Shown in pieces: positions 1 through 13,800 of a stretch of 64,000 nucleotides of DNA. A program made the position numbers and the translations under genes. The stretch comes from Podarcis melisellensis. Taxonomy: Eukaryota. Within the stretch, counting starts at the first letter, position 1. Every line of letters starts with the position of its first letter. Where the stretch lies: the NCBI GenBank assembly GCA_964234715.1, contig OZ174275.1; one strand, written 5' to 3'. The notes under the pieces are model-generated. The model had not been told where the DNA came from and did not search any database. It worked only from the letters and a program-made list of their open reading frames with translations.

Positions 1-834
1 ATCCCTCCCTTGCACTAAAGGCACAGGAAAATCTGCACTGTTACTGTAGCTTATTTTCCTCATTCTAGAACAATGAGAAATAGATTTAGAATGACAAACA
101 TTAAAACAAGAGCTTTTGGTGATATAGGTGTGTATCCAGCTGTACCTCATTAGTTTCTACCAGAGTAAATCATAACATTCCAACAAAATGTTTAAGGTTG
201 CAATCCAAGATAGGCCTCATTAGTAGAATGCTGTTCAATCAGAGCAATAATTTCCACTTGTACGATGGGACTTCCTGTCCTCCTCCTCCTCTGCTCCAGA
301 GGGTTTGGGGAACTCAACCAAAACAGACTGGGGGGAGTATATGGAGGAGGAGAACATTCCATTGAGCAAGCAGAAATCTTGTGCTGATAAAACATTCACC
401 TTTGTGCTTATATTATACATTATTTATTCTAATTTAGGTAAATAACCCTTCATGTAAGTTGTACGAATGGTCTTGATTGATTACATTCATACAACATTTA
501 TATTGCAAGACGCCACCTCCCCAAGGTATCTTTTTGGCGATTATGAAGGAAACAGTTTTTCTTCAGTGTTGTTACATTTTTAACTGTACAAAAAGGTATG
601 GAAAGGAATGCTAATCTACTTATTACTTTAGCATCTAACCTATGATTCCCGCCCCCCTTTGATTTGTTACTCAGCTCTTCAATGCCAAGGATTCTCAGAG
701 CAACTTAAAATAGAATTTGAAAACATAATAAAAATCAATTGAACAGCACAGCCACAGCACAAACAGTAAAAGTTAGCATTAAACCAACAAATCTAAAATG
801 CCTGTGAAAATAAAAAGTTTTCCAGGCAAGACTA

Positions 835-985
835 ACTACTCACTACGAGAAGTGAGGCTACAGGGAACCAGACAGAAGGCCTTCTCAGTAGTGGCACCCG
901 CCCTGTGGAATGTCAAGGAAATAAACAACTATCGGACTTTTAGAAGACATCTGAAGGCAGCGCTGTTTAGGGAAGCTTTTAATGG
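835..985 (+). mobile_element. L2-type LINE 3' fragment
   Basis: Encodes a LINE-end-like peptide (QKAFSVVAPALWN...FRRHLKAALF); related copies at 43860-44020 (-) and 34260-34346 (+). Confidence 0.7.
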
Positions 986-1992
986 GCAGGGTGAAATAAT
1001 AAAATTATTATTATTGGGTGGGAATTCCAGAATCTGGGACATCACCACAAAGTAAACCCTATCTACTCACAACTTGTCTCATTTTTGAGATGGGGACCTG
1101 AGTAATGAAGGACCTCTGAGGCTCCACTGGTACAACACAGACAGAATCAGCCCCTATTTTATGGGCGTTATATATGCCATTAAATAAGTCATGGCACTAC
1201 GGAATTGGGAGTGTATGTGATACCGACATAGAGACATTGTTACTAGGTAGGTGGGCAAAGCCTATTGCATTAAACAGTCTCTGCAGATGCCTAATGGAAA
1301 AGTACAGAAAACTCATCCTTGGCCAGTTCTCTTTTGTACCAACACAGCTGTAGGTGTAAACATGTTGCATAACTCAAAGGACCTGTGAGAAACTCCTCTA
1401 GGTTTATTTTTTCTCCTCTCCTCTTTGGCTGGTGTTAGTGATGCCTACAAAATGTTGATATACAGAAAACCGCTCTTGGCAGAACTCAAAAGCTTTTTCT
1501 CAGCTCGGCACTTAACATGCCATTTTGCTGTGGCCATAGCACAGTGATAAGGCAATCATTTTGCAGCTCAGCCAATTCCTGCACCAGTTTTAGATCATTT
1601 TACATGCACAAGCGAAATAGCCATTGGTTAACAACTTCCTTACATGGACAGTCTTTAAACAACTGTACAGGGAAACTGCTGTATTACCCTAACCAAATGT
1701 TGCACTTCTGTTTCTTAAATACATAATCACTTAAACCTAAAGAACTGTAAAAAAAAATTAATTACAACTGATAAAGTTTTATATAGCCCTAGCAACATTA
1801 TTAACAAACACATAAGCCTTTCAATTGTAGAATTGGATAGCTAGTTATTTACAGTCATTGTCATTTGGATAGAAGGGAAACTTTGAAGCATACCAGTTCA
1901 TTCATATTACGTAGATAGATTGGTTAGATAATCTCCAGGATCCATAAAGTATTTTAAATTCCATATAATAATTTAAATAATAATAATTTATG

Positions 1993-2136
1993 AAGTGGCT
2001 TAATCATGCTGGCCACATGACCCGGAAACTGTCTGCAGACAAATGGCAGTTCCCTCTGCCTATAGAGCGAGATGAGCGCACAACCCCAGAGTCGACCACA
2101 ACTGGACCTAATGATCAGGGGTACCTTTACCTTACT
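1993..2136 (+). mobile_element. Sauria SINE, 5'-truncated
   Basis: gctggccacatgacccgga core and ACCTTT-type tail; homologous to 36080-36372. Confidence 0.8.
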
Positions 2137-2448
2137 CCGCCCATCTGGCTGGGTTTCCCCAGCCACTCATATATATACAAAGGGCTAAGAATTTTATCGA
2201 GGGGAAATTTAGCTGCTCTACTCAACTGTGAACAGAAAAAATCAGGGCTGTTGAATACTTATTAAAAAAAGATGCAAAGTATATATTACATGGAGGATAA
2301 GGAATGGCCTCTCTTCTCCTCCCCAGTTTAAATCTTTTCCCCACTCCAAGCCGTTGTTAGTGCCACTAACATAGTCACCAGACAAGTGAGATAATCCCTT
2401 TTATTACAACCCATGAATATTAAAATACAGCTTTTGCAAGCTATTGAG

Positions 2449-2703
2449 CATGAGTAGGCAAACTAAGGCCCGGGAGCTGGATCTAGCCCAATCGCCTTCT
2501 CAATCTGGCCCGCGGACAGTCCAGGAATCTGCCTGTTTTTACATGAGTAGAATGTGTCCTTTTATTTAAAATGCATCTCTGGGTTATTTGTGGGGATTAG
2601 GAATTCATTCATTCCACCCACCAAAAAAAAACATAGTCTGGGCCCCCTACAAGGTCTGAGGGACAGCGGACAGCCCCCCTGCAGAAAAGTTTGCTGACCC
2701 CTG
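2449..2703. mobile_element. non-autonomous hAT element (MITE)
   Basis: Ends CATGAGTAGGCAAAC / GTTTGCTGACCCCTG; degenerate 8-bp TSD ctattgag/atactgag; same family as 20041-20500. Confidence 0.8.
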
Positions 2704-5064
2704 ATACTGAGTAACAGAACCTTCCCAGGGTAGGAGTATGTTCAGTTAATGGGGGAAAATAGATATTTCTGAACCTAGATGTGCTCCAGCCTGGCTTACC
2801 CTTGGCTGTAGATTATTTTTTCCCACTCCTGAAACTGAATAAAATACTACCAAACAGTGCCCTGTACCTATATTTTGATTTAGACTAAAGTAACACTACT
2901 TTTCAATAGTTAACTGTGCCCAAAGTGGTCATCAACCAGCAACTTCTCATCAAAATGCATAACAATTTGTTACAAAACGTATCAATAAACTCAAATAAGA
3001 CAACAATTCAAAAAACACAGGACAAGGTCAACATTATAGTGAACTAGTCTAGACATGCAATTAGTAGGAGGGCTGTCCACTTGCCTCTAACCCAGGAGTT
3101 TGAGCTGCACAGTTCTGCCCAATATTTATAATCTATACAAGAACCAAAGGGTGTTTATTGTGGTATCAGTGCTCCTCTGGCATGCAGTGTTTTTTTGTCC
3201 ATCTGTCCCCATCATTCACATGACTTTGTTGGCATAAAAAATGCCAGCCCATATTTTCCCTATTTAATCTGAATTTTCCAGGGAAAATTTGTAATCAATG
3301 ACCTGTTTGCAGATTAAAGCCCAGCCTGGAAGCACCCTTTATTTCCTTAATCAAGCCTTCAAACTGGTAATGCCCCCCCCCCTTTCAAATGTGAGAACAG
3401 AACAGAGAAGGAAAATTACAATATTATTTAGAGACAAGGGCTTTGTTTTGAATGCCACAATTCTGAGGTCTGTAATGTTCCTGGACCAAGAGTGTATTGC
3501 TTTTACACAATTCAGTTTTCAAAATATATCAGAGTTTCAAGTCACACAAAGGCTCTGAAACAAAGTATAAAGGAATGTGTGTTCCTTTTATTTATTTCTA
3601 AATAGTTCTCACACATTATCCTGAACACACTCCCCCCCCCTTATGGTTTGTTTATTTTTTTGAAATGGAACCAATCTTCCATTACTGCTTTATCCCTGCA
3701 GCCTTGGTGTAAATTGAAACCCTGATTAGATGGTTTGACTGTAATTGGATTAAGGCTAAAATCCTAATCCTTCTCAGAAAATATCACACTGCCCCCATCT
3801 GCTACTTTCTACCAGCATAAGACTTTTTAAAAAGTCTACAGACAAGAAGGGCCAGGCTAATGCTGTACCTTGCACAGAAGCATCTCTCATTCATCCTTTT
3901 TGCTTTTACTTTTCTTGAACACTCAGCCTGAGGAAGAGTTTTGTTGCCAAAACTCACAAGTCAGTTCTAGCAGGCATAATCTCACTTGTTTTGCAACACC
4001 AACATGGACTCCATATTATGTTTCTTAGAGGAAACCCAGATGCATTTAAGCCCTACTGATATAGTTGAAGTGCCACTCAAAGCAGAGACATCTATTTTAG
4101 GACAGCAAAGCAGTCGAGTAAGTGGATCCCATTTCTGAAGACCATACATTGTGTGACATAAGGACCACATCCTAAAATGACTTGAAGTGGTGAAAGATTG
4201 AAAGTGCTAACTATTGCAGCCTCCATCTGTTATCCCTGAGCTTGAATTGGCATGCCCAAGCAAAGAGGCAGACAATAGAGAAAGTCTTAAAATAACCCTT
4301 ACTTAAGATACTCAGCCAGCAAATAACCAACAAACTTTACTGAGAATAATGTACTTCAGGAGGGTAGGAAGGGAAATAGAGACAACTAGTGTCCAAGAAA
4401 GTAAACTAACCCAGGCTTAATAAAAGACAGAAAATGTAACAGTCCAAAGAAAAAGAGCAAGCCAGAAAACAGCTTTCCTTTCCTATGATCAAAGACAACC
4501 AAAGATTCACAACAATACACTTCAGAACATGGCCATAAGCTTTAAGTACTGTCCTCCTTTGTGGGTACCCTGTTTTGAAGAGAATGGGATAGAATCCAGA
4601 CAAAATATGGAGGATTTGCAGCCTAGTTGCTGCTAGAACATCCATTCCAAAATCCCAGAAGACCTAGAATGACATATTCTGTATAATTTTCAGATAAAAG
4701 AGCAACATTTCAGGGAAAATGGTGTTTTTTTTAGGAGAAGGTCAAACTAAAAAACTGCTAGTACTGTACTATTTAATTCACAATAGACCAAAACTAGAAT
4801 CTGAAACAAAATTCTGCTTCATAGCTATTTCAAGTTTTATTGTAAGAAAAATCAAGCTTGCAACCTTCACAGTTATAGATAAAAAAAAGTTTGAAAGTAT
4901 GTAGACAGAGTTAACTCCAAAGCAGAGCAGTATCTCAACTTCCTACACAGACTCTCTTTATGTATGCTATGGCTTTTATTCCCTGAATCCATCTTTACAA
5001 TCCATGAGTGAAGCGAGAGGGGGAGGCATCAGTAAAACTCAATAAAAATCAATACAAATCTTAA

Positions 5065-5067
<3 letters not shown>

Positions 5068-5130
<63 letters not shown>
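5068..5130. repeat. (CT)n microsatellite
   Basis: About 31 perfect units. Confidence 0.95.
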
Positions 5131-5133
<3 letters not shown>

Positions 5134-5489
5134 GCTCCCAAACTGCCAATGGAATACATAATACAAACTGTTACAGAAAATTAAAAATTATACAAAATTA
5201 TGCTGAGAGTATCATATGGAATGTATGCAGGTATAAAATATTTGCCAGCTTTGCCTTTATTGTTAGCTATTGAATTAACAATGAAATCATTTCATATGAC
5301 TGATTTCTCTCAAGCCTGCTTATTCCTCCCACTTGTGCAAGGAGAGTGCTCTTTTGGCTAGATAATGAGATCTATTAGTATATAAACATATAGGGCCTCC
5401 TCAGTCACATGTTTTGGCTTTATTTGAAACCTAAATCACTAAATTTTAAACAGTAAGCAAAACTAATGCAGTTCAAACCACAAGAGTCA

Positions 5490-6919
5490 AGGTGGTTTAA
5501 TGGTAGTTTATTTTCACATTCACACAACTGTACACTTTTCTATAAATAGATGTGGGGCTGAAATATGTACATCTTCCCTCCCTCCCTGGCAACTCATTCA
5601 TAATACACAGTCCATTCAACAGCCACACAGACCAAGCTGAATGGAACAATCCCAATGATTTCTGGAGGCAGATTGCCAATAAACCCTGTGAACTCATATG
5701 GTACTCCAATATGAGTCAGAGAAGTCAGTCAGATGTTCTACAGTTTGTTATATACTGCAGATGCTCTCCTTCAAGTACCCTGGTGTGTGTTTGCATTAGA
5801 GTCCAGTACAATCCATGAAAAAATAAAAGGCATATTAAATATTCATTTTCCAGCTTACTTAGAAATAAAAAAATCAAATGATAATTTACCTGGGAGGGAG
5901 GCTTCATTGCACAGTAGCACGGTGTTTGCAAAAATCTTTAATATACATGTACAATTTGACAGAAGCAATGGCTAAAAGGAGACTTGGAATGAGGATATAC
6001 AGTGCTATGGACAAACATTTGCATCCTCACAACCATTTTATGATTTGATGTGTTTCCAACAATATACAACAGAATTATAGGGTGCTCTAAATACTGAAGC
6101 TTTATGTGAGTATGTAATGATTTAACCAATAGCACTGTGTTGATTTTGGTGGTGGTGGTAGAGAGTTGCCTTTCTTCACTTAATTCTAGACGTTTACCAT
6201 GTAGAAGTCTATCACTATGAGCATGTACTATGGAACTGAACTGGAATGTCAGCAAAATGTTAGTCTCCTGTTTAAAGGAATATGTACAGTACATGCACAC
6301 TGGACTGCATCATCCTTCCTGTGCCTTGATTTCCACCCATTCCTCTGAAGACACAATGACTAGACATGTGTGTAGTTTTGCTTCCACTCTCAAACAACCA
6401 TGCCTTTCTGTGGAATGGGTTGGAGCAGCTTGCAGACAAAAAAGGGCCGTGTGAAAGGAATTCCATGCTGACAAAGTTAAGTCTGGAGAGCAAGGAACAA
6501 AATAATGTACAGTAAAGCACATTAGCAGCAGCAGCAGGCAACAATGAGTTGCTTTCATCGCATACATAACAGAAAGTATGAAAACAGAGACTTGATTCTA
6601 TAAATAAATAAAAAGTCAAACAATGGTATCACTGTAAAATAAAGAGAGCCGAACCTCATGTGAGCAAATCGTCTGGGACAGCTAATTCCAAGAGCATGGC
6701 CAGAGCAGACCACACTCAGTTCTAGAAAGGATGCCAATAAGTGCTGGAGAAGAACAGCTTCAGCACACAAATGAATAGTTAAGTCTGATTTTTGTAAAGG
6801 GGACTTGCAGGGCCATAGATAAACAAACAAGTTTTCATAAGAGACGGTTATGTGAGCTCCAATAACAGCCATAGAAAAGGGAGTATTACAGGCCAATGAA
6901 TTTCCAGTGGTGGTGTTGA
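5490..6919 (-). other. MADD: MADD 3'UTR (approximate)
   Basis: Repeat-free AU-rich sequence from the stop codon to the AATAAA; the end point is inferred. Confidence 0.7.
5507..5512 (-). terminator. polyadenylation signal AATAAA
   Basis: AATAAA with upstream TGTA, an adjacent ATTAAA (5496-5501) and a downstream GT/T-rich tract. Confidence 0.65.
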
Positions 6920-7027
6920 TCAGCTGGAGACTGGGCGAGGTGGCTTGCTTTTGCTTTCTGCTTCTTTCCCACGAACTGCAGCCACATAAGAGAAGAGACA
7001 CAATACGGAGTAGCAGATCTCATGAGC
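6920..7027 (-). CDS. MADD: MADD last exon, coding part: [35 protein letters not shown]
   Basis: cttctag acceptor; TGA at 6922-6920; conserved C-terminus. Confidence 0.97.
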   Translation of the reverse strand, partial: AHEICYSVLCLFSYVAAVRGKEAESKSKPPRPVSS

Positions 7028-9704
7028 CTAGAAGACATTAGGAAAGACAACAGTGAAGGTTTGAGTAATTAAAGGTCTCCGGACTGTGTTTATTGTATAC
7101 CTTAGAGTTCCTTTACTTCGATAACAATTATAGAAAGCTCCAATAGATGAGATGTAATGCCTTGAAATTGGTGATTCATCTGTCCCATCCACTCATATAA
7201 GGCTAAAGAATGCCCACTGTTTCAGCCTCAAATAAATTAAGGAAATAACAGGTGTAACTTTTTCCAGCTGTGGAACCTATCTGCAGTGCCCTTACTTGCA
7301 TTTAAAATGGAGCACTCAGGTGTGGCCCTCAATGCCTTTTTTAGCACCCCCCCCCCCCGGTGCTGCCTTCCCAGAGCCGGGTGAGGCTGGGCTTTGGGAA
7401 GGAGGCGTGAGGGCTCTGATAGAGTCATAGAGTCCTTCTTCCTCATTCCCAAATCCTAGTTTGTGCTTTCCCAGTTTTGGGGAGGCAGTATGAGGGCTGT
7501 GCCGGGGGGGGCATCATATTATGGCCTTGCTCCCCCCGCCCCATGCAATAAGGCAGTGTGTAGCCTGAGAGTTCTGTGTCAAAGTATTCGTGTGGCCCAG
7601 TTGATATGAAAAGTTGGACTGCCCTGATTTAAAACATACCTTTGCTCTTCAAGGTTGAATTCTATAAAGAATGGCTCTGCGTAAACTGTTTATGCATGGA
7701 GCTTATTAAATTCTATTGATAGGAAGGACGTCTAATTTGGAAGCCCTTTACGAGCGTTCCTGAGGGATCCTGCCTTATGCCACTGAGATAAGGTTGGTCT
7801 GGAAATAGCGGAAGCTCTGCCTCCTAGATGACAGAATTGGATGCCAGACCTTGTCTGCTGCCAAAAGGAGGTGCATTCTCAGAAGTCAGACTGCCCTACT
7901 GTTACTATGGAGGCAAAGCAAAATCAAGAGATGAATCAGTGCGTAAATGAACAACCATGCAGTGCTTTACAAAAGATAAAGGCAGGGAGGGAGCAGCTTG
8001 CTTGAAGCATTATGGAGGGGCAAGGTTGGCATTCCATTCACTGATATGCACATATTTCATTTCAGCTGCAAAACTAGTGCATAATTATTGTTGTTTGTTT
8101 GTTTGTGGTAAAAATTGCTTTTGTTTTTCCATCTTTCATGTACACATCTGTAAGATCACAGTTGAGTAGGTATGATGCCCTTCTGAATTTCTCATGCCTT
8201 TTGTGGTCACTTGTATCATAAATACCTATTAACTGTAAACTCAGTAAAAATATTGGGAGGGGTGCTGTAAAACTAGGAGGAAGCTGGGTTTGCACTGTAA
8301 CTGAGGTGCCTGACAAACATCATGTTTCTGTATTAAATCTGTCTTCATCCTGAGTAGATGACTTCACGAAGTGAAAGTACTAATTACACAAGAGTGCAAC
8401 CATTTTATGTGCCATCCAGACTCTGGCTAGCCGCAAAAGACTTTTATGCAATAAAAAAACAACTCGTTTGAGTTTGCAGCAAAGCATCAGGAGATCTATG
8501 GAGGTAATGTTTAAAGGAAATGATACCAAAATTCCACCTACAGGTTCAATATTATACACAGAGTGAAAATGGTATGTGGAAGGTCTATTTCTTATTCTAG
8601 GTCATAGCCCAAACATATTGTTAACCACTAGACTTTGTCATCTACACAAACATACTTATACAGTGTCTAAATATTTTTTTAATCCTCTGTTAACTGGTAA
8701 CATCAAATGTACCCCAGCAGGGGGGAAAAACTTTTCTGCCAGTCTTCTGTAACTGTCTTTTAGATCCCACACACCATTCTTGTGGGTTTATATCCTATAC
8801 AATGTAGGGTGTTGTTGATCCCAATGATTTATTTGAAACTATATTGTTTTACTAAAAAAAAGTAAAATTTTCGATGAAGGTGTAATTTTGTAGATATGCA
8901 CTTGCTCTCATGCTTAATACAATCTTACAGTTTTTTGTTTTTGTTTTCTTGGGGCAAAGTTGACCTCATTTGGATATAGTCTTTTGTTGTTGTTGTTGGA
9001 GGGTCAAATCAAACAGTTTTAAAACTCTTAAGAGATCTGATTCAATTTACACCTGACAATTATTAAAAAATTTGTTTTCACATTAATTCAAAAGATCTCA
9101 AGTGGTAATAATTAATATGTTCTCAGTGATCCTAAGCCAGTACGTGTAGCATCTTAAATACAAGACTTTTAAGTTAATTATAGAGTTGAAGATTCCCATG
9201 TTTTATTAGCTCAAACCACAAGTCCTCCTAGTTTCTGGAAAATAGGGTGGAAAAGTAAACATTAATTAGTAGCTGTCCCATTTTCTAGATGCTGATTGAT
9301 GTATTTAAAAAATCAATTATTTTATACTTTATAGTTGAAGTAATCAGATAAAATATAAACCATCAAATTTTGCTAGTCTCTCTCTTATGCTTTCTCTCTC
9401 AGCAAACTTAATTCTGCACAAGCCCTAGTTTGCTTTCTGAAGTTCAACACAAAAATAAGCTGAAACCCATCATTAGAATACACACAAAAACCTGTAGGCT
9501 TATACATTCCTTCAGTCTTTATTTTTATTCTCTTCATTTTGAAACTGATCATAACCATACTTCCCCAGAAGCTTCCATTGAAGTGATGTTGTCTAACTTG
9601 GAAAATTAGCAAGATGGAGAGCAGTCTGAATGCTGAAATGCCACAGGGTGGACATGATAAGAAAACCTTTGAGAAATAACCAGAAGACATAGCAGATGAC
9701 TCAC

Positions 9705-9751
9705 CATTGGCGTCTTGTACTTGTGGCTCACCACTTCTTTAGTTTCAGGAA
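9705..9751 (-). CDS. MADD: MADD exon 35 (47 nt): VPETKEVVSHKYKTPM (or FLKLKKW* if exon 34 is skipped)
   Basis: ggttttag acceptor, ATG|gtgagt donor. Confidence 0.96.
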
Positions 9752-9882
9752 CTAAAACCGGACGGGCAAGAGACAAAACAAAGAGTTCAAAAAACGACAA
9801 GAAAAATTGAGGGATATAGTACAATGTTCCCAAAGGCATGAGGAAAGGAAATGTGCAATGAGCTGCAGGGAAAAAAACACTC

Positions 9883-9957
9883 AGAATCACAGAATTGTAG
9901 AGCTGGAAGGGGACCCCAAGGGTCATCTAGTCCAACCCCCTGCGATGTAGGAATCTC
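9883..9957 (-). mobile_element. CR1 LINE 3' tail fragment
   Basis: Reverse complement resembles the CR1 tail at 32690-32750. Confidence 0.65.
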
Positions 9958-10402
9958 AACTAAACAATCCTTTTTTTACTAATGCTAAACTTTACTCATT
10001 CTTTTTTCTTTCTACCGTTAAACACTGACCTATACCTTTGCTGGTGCCATTAGTTCTTGCTTTAGAGAACATCCCAAAGGAAGATGCATTAGGCAGCCAC
10101 CATCTTAAGAGCCTAAATACTTCGGTTCAATCCTTTGTCAATGTGACAGGCTTAGTTTCAGATTTCGCCTGTACATCAGCAACAGCAGATACATATTCCA
10201 CTCTTATATAAACTAGCAGAAATTTACTTATGGATATTAAAAATTAAATGCCAGGAAGTCCAACTTCTATTCCCTCTGCAATAAGGAAGCAGAAGTAACA
10301 ACCAAGGAAATACTGCTCTTCTTTTATCACATTCAAATTTACCACATCAAAAGCTTGTGCATTAGTACAATTTCTGATCTGAATACCACAACCAAACAAC
10401 TA

Positions 10403-10844
10403 CAGGCGTCCCTCCAACTTACACGCGATTGACCACATATGCGAGCAACACTGATAAATAAATAAGTAGACTCAAACCAGGAAATGGCAGGATTGTGCTA
10501 GAGAGTCCCCGTAACTCACGAGGAGATTCTTCCCAGAGCCTGAAGAGGACTTCAGTGAGGGCAGAGGAAGCCCCAAAGAGACCAGAGGCACAGCAGGGCT
10601 TTGTTTAGGCTGCTCAGCCTCCCCGCCTAGCAACTGACATACATGGTAGCAAGTCACCACCCCTTCTCTGTGCGTCCTCTAGCCTCCAAGTGGACCCAAT
10701 AAAAGGAACACACATTCAACTCTAGTTTAAGAGAGAGTTATGTGCAGAGATAGCTTTTTAGAGAGTATTCCCCACTTGCATGATTTTTGCTTATGTGCAC
10801 GAGGGCCCCAGAACATAACCCAAATGTAAGTGGGGGGATGCCTG
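10403..10844. mobile_element. Tc1/mariner (Tigger-like) MITE
   Basis: TA|CAGGCGTCCCTCCAACTTAC ... GTAAGTGGGGGGATGCCTG|TA: imperfect TIRs with TA target duplication. Confidence 0.7.
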
Positions 10845-13800
10845 TATATTCTGAAGTCAAATGATTATGGAATGATTTTGAATCTTTTCTTTGCAAAACA
10901 TGTCAGATTTTCTAGGTTAACATAAAACAACTGAAGAAAAGAACCACTCTCCCCCACCAAAAGGAATCCATGTATTTATCATGGGGAAAGATAGAGTAAG
11001 TACCTTATCATATAAACCCTGATATCACCTACTAAGACGGAATAAATGAATAGGCAATCTATGAACAAATGAAATCAATATAAATCCTTATGTGGGAAAA
11101 CAATATAACTCAAACAAACCCTTTCATACACGAGAACAAATGCTATCCAGGAGAAGGTCAATACGAAACGATAGAAGACTAACCAATATTACAATGACTC
11201 ATAACTCTGATACAAAACTATGTGCCAGCAGCTAGAACACAGGGCAGTGCGGCATCAACATTTCTGGAAAGTTCTTAGGAAAATCCCACATATTTAACAT
11301 ATGTACATGCCCAAAAGACACTATTCCATGCCACCAGGAACTAGATGAAGAGCAAGGTCTCACTCTAAACTACTTTACTTATTGGTATCAAATAATTCTG
11401 GTACCAACTCTGTATCCCCATAAAAATGATTTAAACAACTAAAACCTGCTAGATCATCACAAAAGGAATGAAAAATGATTAACACATTTCTGAGCTTGGA
11501 GTTAGTATGATCATTTGAAAGGCAAGTATATTGGACAGAAGAAACTGAAGTCAAGAAGTTTGGACCAAACAGAAGAGGAGTTGCAAAGTTCCTGACCCTT
11601 AAGAACTGGTTTTAGGAAGGGGACCATCATGATCACTAAATCCCCCTCTTCCCCAACTCCAAAAATGAAAATAGGTTTTTAGAAAGGAAACTGGAAGAGA
11701 ACCAAGGGGGGGCGGGTTACAAAGACCAAAAAAAGTTTGGTGGGGGAAGGGGGATAAAACATTACTACTGCATAGTATTAACAAACAAACCAAAAACAAG
11801 CTAAAAGGGGGGCATCTGGTTTCTGAAGCTTTTACAGTTAGAAGGATGAAAGAAATAAGTACACAAGTGCCATCCTGCTTCCTCTTGCCCTGTGAATAAG
11901 AATACAGGTACAAAGTACTAACAAAGGATTGGGACGAGGGGCAACACTTTACCTGCTGGAGAATGAAGGTTTTCATAGCAGCAACAGTGAAGGGGTCACC
12001 AAAAAGTTAAGCACAAATACATAGCAGTAACTCAAATCTCAGAGCCAAGGCCTGGTGCTTCCTACTTTCTCTAAGCAATTCCTTCCAGGAACACTTCCTT
12101 CCAGCTATACGCCCTAAGATCTCATCTCCAACTTCCACCTTGTCCTTTGTAAAGTGGTCTTGGATAACATGAGAAACATAAAAACAACCAAGCTGACAAA
12201 ACGAAGATCAAGAAATGTGAAGTATAATCAGTGTAACCTACAGAACAACCTAATTACTCATTGGTTAGATAATTATTTTGGATGTTAAAAACTACAATTC
12301 TTCCTATTAGGAAAAAGGAGGAAAATCTGCTTTAGCAATTGTGGATTCCATGTACTACCACTTTCATACTTTCATATGCAGCTGATAATGTCTTCTTTTG
12401 AAATTATCAAAACGTGAGATAATTATATATTATACACAAGGCTTGTGCCTATTGTCTATAGTCATTGTAATTTGGGTTTCAAGGCCTGTCAGACACAAAC
12501 TGACTGAAACAAAGATGGAGACACTGTGGCTCTTAGCTGGACCATAACTCTTAATAGTCTCTCACCCTTGGCCGCACTTATCAGGTTCTTCCTCGCAGGC
12601 CAAATTTGACAGGTGGGCAAAGCTGCTCATCTGCCGATCACCTGATGTCACAAATGATATCAGGTGATTGGGTGCTTTGAAATCTGCCAAGTCCCACCCC
12701 TCCCTGCCCTGCGATTGACATCAGGTGTAGGCCGTGTGGGCATGGTGTGCACAAAGCAGTTTGCAGGCCAAATAGGGAAGCCTGATGGGATGCTTCTGGC
12801 CCATGGACCAGAGGCTTCCCACCCCGTTCTAACTTAGTAAACTTAGTAAACAATCACATAGCACAGGGATGCCTGATCCAGATCAGGGCCATATCAAAGG
12901 GAAGAAGGGATGAACCCTTTCTTTGGACAGGCCAAGACTGCAACAACTTATTTCTTTCCAGGGAAGTTTCTAGATGGGAAGTTTATTGTAGACCTGGTGC
13001 TGATCACTAACACAAGTTTTTTAGAGTGTCCTCATGGCATTGTCATCAAACCATCAGCCCATTTTTTATATTTAATACAGATTTCCCCTTAACCTAGAAA
13101 ATATACATAAAATTAACCTCTAAGTACATCTTCAGTCACTTCTGGTCTGAAAGCTCATTAGCTTTTGGTGGGTGGTTTATTACATGGTGGCATTTTGTTA
13201 GGTAGTCTCTGTCACATCCCTAGTCATTTCACTTGCAGTGGTCCCCAGTACCGCTGGAATACTGATCGTTTCATGCTGAAGGCTTGCCTGTTTTGGAGGA
13301 TCTAGTCTCTCAGTACCTTCACACCATGTAGGGAGATTGCCTTTGCGACGAATTGGAGTACATACACCAGGGTTTAAAAAAATGTTTAATATGGAGGTCT
13401 TGCAGAAGACCTCTTTATCATTCTTACCCAAGTATTATGGTAAATCTCACTCTTGTGAGTCTTATGGTAAATCTCACCTCGGTGCTAAAAACTAAAAATC
13501 AAGTGAACAAATGAAAATGAATATGGCCCTCACTACCGCAAAAAAGCATAGTCCTCCATTTTACTCATTGTGAAACCAGATAAATGGCTGGATAAGACTG
13601 GTAATGTGTGCTCTTGGGATTTTTTATTTCTTTAAAAGATGCACACATACATAGGTTCAGAAATACCTGTATACACATATATTCAGACTAGGAAAAGGAG
13701 ATTGGGGAGGCTGGGAGGAGTGAGTGGCACAAAACTTAGCTCAGATACATTCTGTCAAGCTCTGCCCAATGTGGTGGATGGCAAGCGGCAGAACAGAATG

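Noticed and set aside
235-420. 61-aa ORF with an acidic run (GAEEEEDRK) as an exon of a neighbouring gene
   Set aside because: No recognisable homology and weak splice signals.
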